This document shows positions 1 to 8,718 of a DNA stretch of 39,655 bases, piece after piece; positions within the stretch are counted from its first letter, which is position 1; each line of letters opens with the position of its first letter. The notes below the pieces were generated by a model, which did no database searches, was not told the origin of the DNA, and was given only the letters and a program-made list of their open reading frames with translations. Origin of the DNA: a virus (lineage: Duplodnaviria > Caudoviricetes); IMG/VR virus record IMGVR_UViG_3300037483_000335, positions 1 to 39,655 of that record; one strand, given 5' to 3'. The translations under genes and the position numbers were made by a program.

Positions 1-581
1 CGGAGGGCGGGCCGGTCGTTGAATTGGGAGATGGTACGCTGGTCTGTCCCTGGTGGGGCAGCGCGGGCGGCGCAATAGACTGCGGCGTTATTTTCTCTGC
101 GGATGACGGCGCGACCTGGGGTAGTCCGGTTTTGGTGGGGGACGGCTCGGCAGACAGTCGCCACTACTATGAGCCAAATGTGCTATTACTGGCAAACGGC
201 AGTTTATTGATGAGTATCCGCGAGGCTGCGAATACGGAAATATGGTTTTCCACATCAGCAGACAGCGGTGCAACGTGGAGCGCGGCTGCATCTGGTTTTG
301 CAGGACAATCGGCTGCGCGAATGACGCAGCTTTCGACGGGCAAGATCATTGCATTGTATCGCCAGTCCACAGGGGGCGGAGTGACCTGCTACCGGACGAG
401 CGACGATGACGGCGCGACGTGGAGCGATGAGCAAATTATATTGGTTGACAATCATACCTGCACGTATGGCGGGAGCGTGGAATTATCGGGGAGCCGGGTT
501 GGGATTGTCTATGGTGTGCAATGGGCGCTCACCGAAGCGGCGATACATTACAAAATTATGGATTTCTCGGAACTTCCATAG
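1..581 (+). CDS. Exo-sialidase-like / BNR (Asp-box) beta-propeller protein, 5' partial
   Basis: Three Asp-box motifs SADDGATW, SADSGATW, SDDDGATW plus YEPxV; the gene probably starts before the window; stop TAG 579-581. Confidence 0.8.
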   Translation, partial: EGGPVVELGDGTLVCPWWGSAGGAIDCGVIFSADDGATWGSPVLVGDGSADSRHYYEPNVLLLANGSLLMSIREAANTEIWFSTSADSGATWSAAASGFAGQSAARMTQLSTGKIIALYRQSTGGGVTCYRTSDDDGATWSDEQIILVDNHTCTYGGSVELSGSRVGIVYGVQWALTEAAIHYKIMDFSELP

Positions 582-737
582 AACAACAATACGATGAAAC
601 TACTCGCTTTGTACTCGCTCGCTTTGCTGCTGCTGATCCGCTGGATCTGGTCTCAATCCTTGCCGCAGGCGTGGCGGGTGGCGATCAGGCGGTTGGAGTG
701 GTGAGCTGGAAACTGGAGAACGAAAGGAGATTGACTA

Positions 738-908
738 ATGGGTAAACAAACACTGTGGGACTACATTCGTGAGCGGATAGGTGGCATTGCTTTTGATATT
801 TTTCTGTGGTCGTTCCGTATGACGGCAGACGAATTCCGCGCGGAGATTTTAGAAGATGCGCGGCGCGAGTATCAGTCTGAAAGAATGAACGCGTGGTTGG
901 TGAAGTAG
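738..908 (+). CDS. Small hypothetical protein (56 aa, MGKQTLWDY...)
   Basis: AAAGGAG RBS upstream of ATG 738, open to TAG 908; read manually, below the ORF-track cutoff. Confidence 0.55.
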   Translation: MGKQTLWDYIRERIGGIAFDIFLWSFRMTADEFRAEILEDARREYQSERMNAWLVK

Positions 909-934
909 GGATTGGGCAGAGTATGGAACAAATG

Positions 935-1060
935 TGTTATAATCTGGCTTGTCTGGACGGTATGGTAAAGGGTCGCTCTTTGCTTTATAATAGCATTACT
1001 CCATCAACCCCCGTACTGTCCAGACAACAGAACGGCCTTGGGTTGGTGGAGTTTGCTTTT
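935..1060 (+). promoter_or_regulatory. Extended -10 promoter plus structured leader (A-B-A'-B')
   Basis: TGtTATAAT 935-943; 949-965 pairs with 1011-1027; 998-1010 pairs with 1040-1052, followed by a T-run. Confidence 0.6.
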
Positions 1061-1069
1061 GGAGCAAAC

Positions 1070-1564
1070 ATGAACGAGCTTACGGAAGTACAGAAAGCCT
1101 ATATTGCGGGGTTCTTTGATGGCGAGGGGTGTATATCAATCTCCAAGTATCAGGGCAAGAACAACATTACACCCGCCTATACTCTCAAGGTTGTCATTGG
1201 TCAGAAGGGTGATCAGCCGCTATTTGAGTTTATGGAAATCACCGGACTTGGGAAGATCCACAAACACAAGAAGCAGAGTTGCAGCGGCGATTTTTATCAG
1301 TGGCATCTTTGTCCGGCAGACGCAAAAGAATTACTGATGGCCATGTTGCCATACCTACGCAACAAGAAACGTGAAGCGCAGATTGCCGTTGAGTTTGTAC
1401 AGAAATTCAACCGCGCATCACAAACACGCGGCGAAGGTAAGGGACGGGGATACTCTATCCCTAAATGTATCGTTGAGCAGAAGGAACGATACAGGCTTGC
1501 ACTTCATGAGTTGAAAGGCTCGAGCGGTGAAGGTAGGGGAGCGCCTAGAAAGGCGACCAATTAG
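1070..1564 (+). CDS. Free-standing LAGLIDADG homing endonuclease (single motif)
   Basis: AYIAGFFDGEGCISI motif and PYLRNKKREA segment; GGAG RBS before ATG 1070. Confidence 0.85.
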   Translation: MNELTEVQKAYIAGFFDGEGCISISKYQGKNNITPAYTLKVVIGQKGDQPLFEFMEITGLGKIHKHKKQSCSGDFYQWHLCPADAKELLMAMLPYLRNKKREAQIAVEFVQKFNRASQTRGEGKGRGYSIPKCIVEQKERYRLALHELKGSSGEGRGAPRKATN

Positions 1565-1615
1565 GTATGCTTTTGATAAAAATCATTATCACCAACAAGA
1601 AAGTGAAGGTAAAAA

Positions 1616-1816
1616 ATGGAAAACAAGATAACAATTCAGAAACTTACAACCGGCTATATCGTTATGGATGGTCAGCGCGAATTGGGCTATATGGGCGATG
1701 GCGAATACGCCGCCGAGACACCGGAGAAAGTCTTGGAGATCGTGGCTGGGTTGCTGGCGGAGCACCCCCCCACTGCCCTTCCGAACGAACGTTCTACGAA
1801 GTTGTCAGACAAGTAA
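1616..1816 (+). CDS. Hypothetical protein
   Basis: ORF with GAAGGT RBS. Confidence 0.55.
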   Translation: MENKITIQKLTTGYIVMDGQRELGYMGDGEYAAETPEKVLEIVAGLLAEHPPTALPNERSTKLSDK

Positions 1817-1836
1817 CCTACTAACAGGAGATTACC

Positions 1837-1983
1837 ATGAACATTCTAAATCTAGCACTACCTATTTATCTCATCATTGCCGGGTTGTACCTGTGCGGCG
1901 CGGCGTTACCCCGCTGGGTGCTGGTGGTCGGCGGCGTGGCCGGGATCATCGCGGGGGTGTTGCTGCTGGTGGGGCTGGGGTAG
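1837..1983 (+). CDS. Small two-TM membrane protein (48 aa; holin-like, unproven)
   Basis: AGGAG RBS; MNILNLALPIYLIIAGLYLCGAALPRWVLVVGGVAGIIAGVLLLVGLG; abuts terS. Confidence 0.5.
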   Translation: MNILNLALPIYLIIAGLYLCGAALPRWVLVVGGVAGIIAGVLLLVGLG

Positions 1984-2589
1984 ATGGCAAGCAGAAAACA
2001 ACGTGCCTTTGTCGAAGAATATCTAACATGCTGGAACGCAGCCGAAGCGGCCCGGCGTGTTGGCTATTCGGAGAAAACGGCGCGGCAAATTGGCAATAAA
2101 TTGTTGACAAAAGTTGACATTTCCGAAGCCATACAATCCCGGCTGGCTGAAGTCCACATGTCTGCTGACGAAGCCCTGAAGCTGCTTGCAGACATAGCGC
2201 GCGGCGATATGGGCGAGATTATGGACGTTACATCAATGGGCTTCAATCTGGATATGCAGGAAGCCAAGCGCAAGGGATTGACGAAGCTCATAAAGAAAAT
2301 AAAGCAAACGACCACAACCAAAATCGGCAGGAAGCAGGACGATGATGATGAGGAACGCACAACGCTTGAAGTGGAATTGTACGCTGCTGACGCTGCTATT
2401 CGTGACGTGTTGAAGGTACACGGTAAGTTTGTGGATCGAACCGACCTAACCAGTGGCGGCAAGCCGATAGAAAGCGGAATAGACGATGATAGATATGATA
2501 GAGCCCTATCTACACTTGCTGATGCCATCCGAGAAGTCTTACCTGGATCGGATGCAAAGAAAGCAAGTGAAATGGATACCGCAGAGTAA
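1984..2589 (+). CDS. terS: Terminase small subunit
   Basis: KQRAFVEEYL...NAAEAARRVGYSEKTA...LLTK N-terminal signature; directly upstream of TerL. Confidence 0.9.
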   Translation: MASRKQRAFVEEYLTCWNAAEAARRVGYSEKTARQIGNKLLTKVDISEAIQSRLAEVHMSADEALKLLADIARGDMGEIMDVTSMGFNLDMQEAKRKGLTKLIKKIKQTTTTKIGRKQDDDDEERTTLEVELYAADAAIRDVLKVHGKFVDRTDLTSGGKPIESGIDDDRYDRALSTLADAIREVLPGSDAKKASEMDTAE

Positions 2590-4027
2590 GCCGCAATGGA
2601 TGGCGTTATTGTCGCAGGCCGACGAAGTGTTTTATGGAGGCGCGGCGGGTGGTGGAAAAACAGATTTATTGATAGGAATGGCGGCGGAATGCCACAAACA
2701 GAGTGTCATCTTCCGGCGCATTTATCCGAACCTGAAAGGCGTCATCAGGAGAAGCAGAGAGATCATTGGAGATGCAGCTAAAGAAAATAAATCTGATAAA
2801 AGCTGGACATTTCCGGATGGGCGCTCAATTGAATTTGGCGCGGTGCAATATGAAGAAAATAAGACAGACTGGCAAGGTCGGCCACATGACCTAAAGGGAT
2901 TTGATGAACTACCGGAATTTACAAAGTCACAATATGAGTTTATATGCGGGTGGAACCGTAGCACAGACCCGAGCCAGCGAGTGCGGGTATTGGCAACCGG
3001 CAACCCGCCTATTGATGAATCCGGCAACTGGATTATTGAACGCTGGGGCGCGTGGCTGGACGAAAAACATCCGAACCCAGCAAAGCCTGGGGAGCTGCGC
3101 TGGTATGCGACCATTGACGGACAAGAACGAGAGTTCACAAATGGAGATCCCGTCAAAGTTGGGAATGAAACCATTTACCCCCGCTCCCGTACATTCATTC
3201 CGGCGTTTCTGGACGATAACCCGTTTTATTCTCAAGACAATCGCTACCGCTCTATTCTGCAATCCCTGCCCGAGCCGTTGCGCTCAAAACTTCTCTATGG
3301 TGATTTCAAAGCATCGGCGCTACCTGACCCCTTCCAGGTCATCCCAACCGATTGGGTCAGACAGGCACAAAGGCGCTGGGCAGAGCGGGCGAAGCCAGAT
3401 ATGTCACTTACTGCGGCGGGATTGGACCCGGCGCGCGGCGGGAGTGACAATATGGCTCTAGCGAAACGGTACGGTAATTGGTTCGATGAAATCACGGCAT
3501 GGCCGGGGATTATCGTCAAAGATGGCCCGATTGCCGCCGAATTTGTCCGGCAAGCACTGGGGAATGAAATACCTGGCGTGATAAATATCGACGTTGTGGC
3601 GATTGGTTCATCTGCTTACGATAGCCTGAAAACGATGTACAAAGTAAATCCGGTCAACGCCTCAGGTAGTTCTGCCTACAAAGACAGAAGCGGCAGACTG
3701 AAAATGCGCAATATCCGAGCGGAATATTATTGGAGAATGCGAGATGCGCTTGATCCTGAGTTTGGCGATGATGTTGCATTGCCGCCGGGAAACGAGATCA
3801 TAGCCGACTTATGCAGCGCAAGATACAACGTTTTTGTTTCGGGTGTTTTGATCGAAGGGAAAGATGAAATCAAAAAACGGATTGGAAGAAGCCCCGATAA
3901 AGGCGAATCTTTATTGCTTGCCAATTTGATTTTTGCCGGGACACAGATCAACCCGCGCGCCACGACCAGCAATTACATTCACGGAAGTAAGGACCAAGAC
4001 CGGGACAACAGACGGCCCGGCTTTTAG
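2486..4027 (+). CDS. terL: Terminase large subunit
   Basis: Walker A GGAAGGGKT, Walker B GFDE, ATGNP motif III, nuclease GLDPARGGSD and SPDKGES. Confidence 0.93.
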   Translation: MIDMIEPYLHLLMPSEKSYLDRMQRKQVKWIPQSKPQWMALLSQADEVFYGGAAGGGKTDLLIGMAAECHKQSVIFRRIYPNLKGVIRRSREIIGDAAKENKSDKSWTFPDGRSIEFGAVQYEENKTDWQGRPHDLKGFDELPEFTKSQYEFICGWNRSTDPSQRVRVLATGNPPIDESGNWIIERWGAWLDEKHPNPAKPGELRWYATIDGQEREFTNGDPVKVGNETIYPRSRTFIPAFLDDNPFYSQDNRYRSILQSLPEPLRSKLLYGDFKASALPDPFQVIPTDWVRQAQRRWAERAKPDMSLTAAGLDPARGGSDNMALAKRYGNWFDEITAWPGIIVKDGPIAAEFVRQALGNEIPGVINIDVVAIGSSAYDSLKTMYKVNPVNASGSSAYKDRSGRLKMRNIRAEYYWRMRDALDPEFGDDVALPPGNEIIADLCSARYNVFVSGVLIEGKDEIKKRIGRSPDKGESLLLANLIFAGTQINPRATTSNYIHGSKDQDRDNRRPGF

Positions 4028-4035
4028 GAGAGAAC

Positions 4036-5583
4036 ATGGCTACAGACAACAGCGGACTTATCACTTCGGCACTCGCTCACACAGACCCCGCCCTTTACGC
4101 ATCCATAGACGCGGCAAACTCGTGGAAGGCGGCGATCATCAAGCGCGGGGCGCGTGTGGCGCTGTACCGCAACTATGAGCGCGGCGACCACCGGGCGGAC
4201 ATCACCACCGAAATGCGGAAAATGCTACGGCTAAACACCGACAACGCCGATATGACCGACTTCAACGATAACTATTGCCGCGTCATCGTGGATAAGATGG
4301 CCGGGCGGCTGTTCGTGTCTAACCTGGCCCTGGACAGCGACGGCGCTAAGGAATGGCTGGATAAAACGCTGGCCCGCAACGACTTCGACGCGCAACAGTC
4401 GGAATGGTATCGGGGCGCGATACGAGACGGTGACGCTTATGTGATGGTGGATCCGGAAACGGCGCTGTGGACATCGGAGCCCGCATACGACGGCTTTAGC
4501 GGTGTGGAAGTCATCTTTGACGAAATGACCAGGAAGCCTGTTTGGGCCTGCAAGCTGTGGTCTGAGGCCGATACGCAGGACATCACGGCTGGCGATACAA
4601 ACCAGGCGGTTGTCAAAGTGGTCGTGTACCAGCCGGGCCAGGTAAGCTACTGGACGGGCGACGAAAGCGGGCAGGAAGTCAGCGCGGATAATATCTTTCC
4701 GGGCATGGACGTGGAAGTCAACCCTGATGGGACAGTTACGGCGGTTGACCTGTCTACGAATGCCCAGCCCTGGCCCTTGCAGTCCCGCAGCCTGCCTATC
4801 GTCCACTTTGCCAACCAGAAGGACAACTACACCAGCTACGGCGAGAGCGAGCTGCGGCCCGCCGTGCCGTTGCAGGACGTGCTAAACCGCACCCTGCACA
4901 GTATGGTCATGGCGTCCGAGTTTAGCGCCTTCAAGCTGCTGTGGTCCAAGGGCTTCCAAATCGACGTGGACGGCATTACCCCCGGCGGCGTGATCAATCT
5001 GGTGCTCAAGGATGCGAACGGGGCCATTATCACCGATATGACCGAAGCACAGGTGCAATTTCTGCAAGCGGCGGCAGTCGGCCAGTTTGAAGCCACCGAC
5101 CTTAGCCAATACACCAACCAGATCGACAAGATCGTGCAGCAGTTGTCACAAAGCACACAGACCCCGATTTACGGTGTAACCGCCGACGGCAACCTATCCG
5201 GCGAAGCGTTGAAGCAGCTAGAAATCGGCCTGCTGGGGAAGGTCGAGCGTTTCCAGCATCAGAACAGCGACGCGATCAAGGAACTTGTCACACTCACGGC
5301 CGAGATCCAGAACACGTTTGAAGGCGAGAACGCGCCGCCGTTTGGCTCAGTCAACGTCATCTGGAAATCGCCGGAACTGCTCGACGTAAACGCGTGGATT
5401 GCGACGCTGGTACAGTTGCGAGAGAAAGCGCCGGGACTGTTCGCTGACGAGTTTTTCGTCAAGCGCATCGGGGTGCTCTTGGGAATGTCACAGGATGACA
5501 TCAATGATGAGATCGAGAAAGCCGCCAACCAACAAGGTATCAACCTTGACCGGCTGATCGTGCCGGGGTTGGTTGGAGCGTAG
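4036..5583 (+). CDS. Portal protein (SPP1 gp6-like)
   Basis: 515 aa after TerL; NYCRVIVD, LPIVHFAN, GESEL, SGEALK motifs. Confidence 0.88.
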   Translation: MATDNSGLITSALAHTDPALYASIDAANSWKAAIIKRGARVALYRNYERGDHRADITTEMRKMLRLNTDNADMTDFNDNYCRVIVDKMAGRLFVSNLALDSDGAKEWLDKTLARNDFDAQQSEWYRGAIRDGDAYVMVDPETALWTSEPAYDGFSGVEVIFDEMTRKPVWACKLWSEADTQDITAGDTNQAVVKVVVYQPGQVSYWTGDESGQEVSADNIFPGMDVEVNPDGTVTAVDLSTNAQPWPLQSRSLPIVHFANQKDNYTSYGESELRPAVPLQDVLNRTLHSMVMASEFSAFKLLWSKGFQIDVDGITPGGVINLVLKDANGAIITDMTEAQVQFLQAAAVGQFEATDLSQYTNQIDKIVQQLSQSTQTPIYGVTADGNLSGEALKQLEIGLLGKVERFQHQNSDAIKELVTLTAEIQNTFEGENAPPFGSVNVIWKSPELLDVNAWIATLVQLREKAPGLFADEFFVKRIGVLLGMSQDDINDEIEKAANQQGINLDRLIVPGLVGA

Positions 5584-5595
5584 AAAGGATTTGAG

Positions 5596-5811
5596 ATGTT
5601 TTGGTTTTCTGTAGCGAAGAAAAAGCCCCCATTTGAAAAGCCTGTTTTGGCTTTAGCGGGCGGCGAAATCGTCATGGCGTTTTATTGCGAGTGCTATGGT
5701 GGCCCGCATTGGCATGCGGCAGATAACAACGAAGAGCCAAGAATATACAACGTCATTACACATTGGCGAAACTTGCCGCGTAAACCGCTGTTCTGGCACA
5801 AGGATGTCTAG
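5596..5811 (+). CDS. Small DUF551-like accessory protein
   Basis: C-terminal VITHWRNLP; AAAGGA RBS; inserted between portal and MuF. Confidence 0.55.
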   Translation: MFWFSVAKKKPPFEKPVLALAGGEIVMAFYCECYGGPHWHAADNNEEPRIYNVITHWRNLPRKPLFWHKDV

Positions 5812-6955
5812 CCCCTACTCCCCCACCGAAGCCACCCTGATTGCGCTTGACCGCGCTTATCTCAAGGCAGCCGGCCGGATGCTCTTGCAGATCCAGGCGA
5901 TCACGAACGCGCCGGGCTCGCAGTTGCAACGCGCTTTGAAGGAACTTGATGACGAAGCCGACCGGCTGGCGGCGGCAGACGAGCGCATGAAAGCGGATAA
6001 TGCCGCCCTGCTGAAAGCCCTGGGTGCGCAGGAAGATGCTTTCGTTGCCGCGCAAACGCTGATTGTTGCCAGCGACAACGACATCCAGGCGGGGGGGCAA
6101 ACGCTGGCTATCGCCGCCGTAACCGCTAAGGTATTCCTGGGCTTTACGCAACGGCTGGCGCAGACGACCCAGATCGATCCGCTATCCCCGCAGGCGTTGG
6201 CGCTGTACATCGCAGAGACGAAGCGCGCCGGGGTTATCTGGAACGTGCCGACCGTGCTTGACTTTGCGACCAACTACGTGGACAGCCCCGCGTGGATTGC
6301 GCGAATGGAAGCCTGGGGTACGGGGTATGCCAAGATCACGCGGGATACGCTGCTGGAAGGGGTTCAATCCGGCTGGGGGCCGAAGTACACCGCCGCGCAA
6401 CTGCGGCACGTGGCCACCGCCCTACCGAAACGCGCCGCTGAGACGTTGACCAGGACGCTGCAGGTCACAGCCTACCGGGACGCAAGCGCCGCCATGGAAC
6501 TGATGAACGGGCAGTATATCGTCAAGAAGATCAGGGTAAGCGCGCTGAAGCCGACAAGCTGCCTGTCCTGCATCGCCCTGCATGGAACGGAGTTAGCGCC
6601 TGGGGAGCGTGTGGACGATCATTACCGGGGATACTGTTCCGAGTTTTACGTCGTTCCCGGTGGGCCTGAGCATCCCGATTCTATGCAGGCCGATAGCCTA
6701 CCCGGAAAACGCAATTTCACAAAATGGCAGACTGGCCCGGAATGGTTCGCGTCCCTACCGGAAGCGCGGCAAAAACAGCAAGCGTCATTTGTGCATTCCC
6801 CGGCGAAGTGGCGGGCGTTCAAGGCCGGGACACCGCTTCAGTCGTTTGTGGGTGAGCATCAAGACGAAGTATTCGGGAAACAGGTCGTAGAAGCCAGCCT
6901 GAAACAAGCGATAGGCGAAACAGAAGCGGAAGGGTTTTATACGGTGAACCAATGA
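5804..6955 (+). CDS. Minor head morphogenesis protein (MuF / SPP1 gp7-like)
   Basis: Position after portal; SCLSCIALHG...DHYRGYC motif. Confidence 0.75.
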   Translation: MSSPYSPTEATLIALDRAYLKAAGRMLLQIQAITNAPGSQLQRALKELDDEADRLAAADERMKADNAALLKALGAQEDAFVAAQTLIVASDNDIQAGGQTLAIAAVTAKVFLGFTQRLAQTTQIDPLSPQALALYIAETKRAGVIWNVPTVLDFATNYVDSPAWIARMEAWGTGYAKITRDTLLEGVQSGWGPKYTAAQLRHVATALPKRAAETLTRTLQVTAYRDASAAMELMNGQYIVKKIRVSALKPTSCLSCIALHGTELAPGERVDDHYRGYCSEFYVVPGGPEHPDSMQADSLPGKRNFTKWQTGPEWFASLPEARQKQQASFVHSPAKWRAFKAGTPLQSFVGEHQDEVFGKQVVEASLKQAIGETEAEGFYTVNQ

Positions 6956-7119
6956 AAAAGACGATGCACCAATCGCCTAAGCCAGTTCAAGAAGCGGTTA
7001 CGCTTTTTCGCGCTATACGGTGGATTAGAAAGCAAATCGGCAGCGTGTTTCAAATACCCGCCGCTGCCCGCCGCCGGATCGATGATTTCTTTAGGAGTGT
7101 AATATTTACCTTTTGCCAT
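6937..7119 (-). CDS. 60-aa mini-protein or relic built from HsdM-like N6-MTase motifs
   Basis: GKYYTPKEII-DPAAGSGGYL-SNPPY in canonical order; TATAAT 5 nt before the ATG. Confidence 0.5.
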   Translation of the reverse strand: MAKGKYYTPKEIIDPAAGSGGYLKHAADLLSNPPYSAKKRNRFLNWLRRLVHRLFHWFTV

Positions 7120-7142
7120 GTCGCATTATACACGAGGAACCA

Positions 7143-7511
7143 ATGACACCCGAAGAAACCACCGAAAAGCTACGCAAATACTTTCACGATTGGGAATGGA
7201 TCGTTTCTCATTGGGGCTGGAAGTTCAGCATGAATACCTGTGAAGGCTTTGACGACATGCCCGATGAAGCCGACGAAAGCACGGACGCTATCTCGTTTTT
7301 CAACTGGCCTTATTTGGAAGGCAGTATCTTCTTCAACCTGAAAAAGATTGCAAAGAAAGACGACGACGAAATTGAGAGTATTGTCATTCACGAACTTTGT
7401 CACTTTCTGCTTGCGCCTATGCAGAGAGACAAGAGAGACACAGAAATCAGCGTGACGATGATAGCCAGGACACTAAAGGGATTGAACGATAGCAGAAAGG
7501 CGGACGAATGA
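7143..7511 (+). CDS. HEXXH zinc metallopeptidase-like protein
   Basis: IVIHELCHFL; GAGG RBS before ATG 7143. Confidence 0.65.
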   Translation: MTPEETTEKLRKYFHDWEWIVSHWGWKFSMNTCEGFDDMPDEADESTDAISFFNWPYLEGSIFFNLKKIAKKDDDEIESIVIHELCHFLLAPMQRDKRDTEISVTMIARTLKGLNDSRKADE

Positions 7512-7693
7512 TTATCTTGAAAATATTCCGGGCCTATTTCCAGATCAAGGCGCGTCAGGCACGGACTCTTGCGCGGTCAAATCTAGCATACTATCCTGAG
7601 GGTACGTATGGACATGATGCTGCGAAGTTGTTATTTGCCTGGGGTAACGCAATGAGAGAATTGGCAAATTCATTTAGAAAGGTGGTCAAATGA
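7508..7693 (+). CDS. Hypothetical protein
   Basis: ATGA-coupled ORF with AAAGG RBS. Confidence 0.5.
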   Translation: MIILKIFRAYFQIKARQARTLARSNLAYYPEGTYGHDAAKLLFAWGNAMRELANSFRKVVK

Positions 7694-7899
7694 CAGACGA
7701 AATATTCCAACCATTCCGAAACTACCTTGAAGCCAAGCGCCGTTCGTTGTTGACCGAACTGGACGAAATCGAAAAGCTGATCGGCATCTCCCCGCGTACC
7801 GTAGAACTCCGCAAGTGGTACGAGCGGAATGGGCGGCGGACGATGCCCGTTAGCAGCAGCGACGCTGTTATTGGCGTAGGCGCTCACGTGGTTGAGTAA
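7690..7899 (+). CDS. Hypothetical protein
   Basis: ATGA-coupled ORF with AAGGTGG RBS. Confidence 0.55.
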   Translation: MTDEIFQPFRNYLEAKRRSLLTELDEIEKLIGISPRTVELRKWYERNGRRTMPVSSSDAVIGVGAHVVE

Positions 7900-7904
7900 T
7901 TTTG

Positions 7905-8070
7905 TGATATAATCTTGTTGTGCATGTGCTTGCATGCCGTCCTTAGGTGTGAGTGTTCCCGCACTCACACCACAACTGAATACTAGGCCACTTTACCTAA
8001 TGTAAACCGCCGCTTTTTTCCGGTCACTTCCCCGATGGGAACCGCCGAGAGAAAGGCGGTTTTTTTATTT
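7905..8070 (+). promoter_or_regulatory. Promoter (TGaTATAAT) and structured leader upstream of the scaffold gene
   Basis: Extended -10 at 7905-7913; hairpin GGTGTGAGTG/CACTCACACC 7946-7971; AAACCGCC...GGCGGTTT stem 8004-8062 with T-tail. Confidence 0.5.
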
Positions 8071-8115
8071 CCCCGCTGCGTTGAGCGTAATAAACGAACA
8101 GGAAAGGATACCGAA

Positions 8116-8688
8116 ATGCCAGAAGAAGAGAAAGCCGAGAACGTTGACAACCAGGATGAAGCCAAGCAGGACCATGTAGACGCGTCTGCGGAGACGAAAA
8201 AAACCGAAACCGAACACATGATCCCCAAGGCGCGGCTCGATGACGAAATCCAGAAACGCAAGGATTTGGAAAAACGTTTAGCCGCGATGGAAAAAACGCA
8301 CAACGAAGCCGAGACGAAGCGGCTCAAGGAAAGCGAAGATTATAAGGCGCTGTACGAGCGTACCGCCGCAGAACTGGCGGACGCGAAACCGAAGGCTGAA
8401 AAGCTGGAAGTTTTCGAGACAACGCTAAGGGAAACGCTGACCGCCGCAATCGAAGAAATCCCGGCAGAAAGGCGCGGGCTTATTCCTGAGGAGTTATCCG
8501 TTGAGGCACAGCTTCGCTGGATTTCACGAAACCGCGCGCTGCTTGCCAAGTCCACCCCGTTCGACATTGGGGCAGGCAAGAAAGGCGGCGACGGAAAAAG
8601 CGCCGTACAACTCACGCCAGAACAGCTAGAAGCTGCCCGCAAGACGGGCGCAACGCCTGAGGAGTACGCGAAATATCTCAAACATTAA
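8116..8688 (+). CDS. Capsid scaffolding protein
   Basis: Charged coiled-coil, IPKARLDE-like segment, C-terminal LTPEQ...TPEEYAKY; precedes capsid genes. Confidence 0.75.
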   Translation: MPEEEKAENVDNQDEAKQDHVDASAETKKTETEHMIPKARLDDEIQKRKDLEKRLAAMEKTHNEAETKRLKESEDYKALYERTAAELADAKPKAEKLEVFETTLRETLTAAIEEIPAERRGLIPEELSVEAQLRWISRNRALLAKSTPFDIGAGKKGGDGKSAVQLTPEQLEAARKTGATPEEYAKYLKH

Positions 8689-8718
8689 AAACCCCGAATG
8701 GGGATGAGGTAACAAACT

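Noticed and set aside
893-1069. N-terminal extension of the LAGLIDADG ORF from 893
   Set aside because: The region contains promoter and leader structure; the RBS supports ATG 1070
6952-7146. Plus-strand 64-aa ORF bridging MuF and the peptidase gene
   Set aside because: ATGA overlaps at both ends make it possible, but it has no motif and is the antisense shadow of the motif-rich minus ORF; left uncalled
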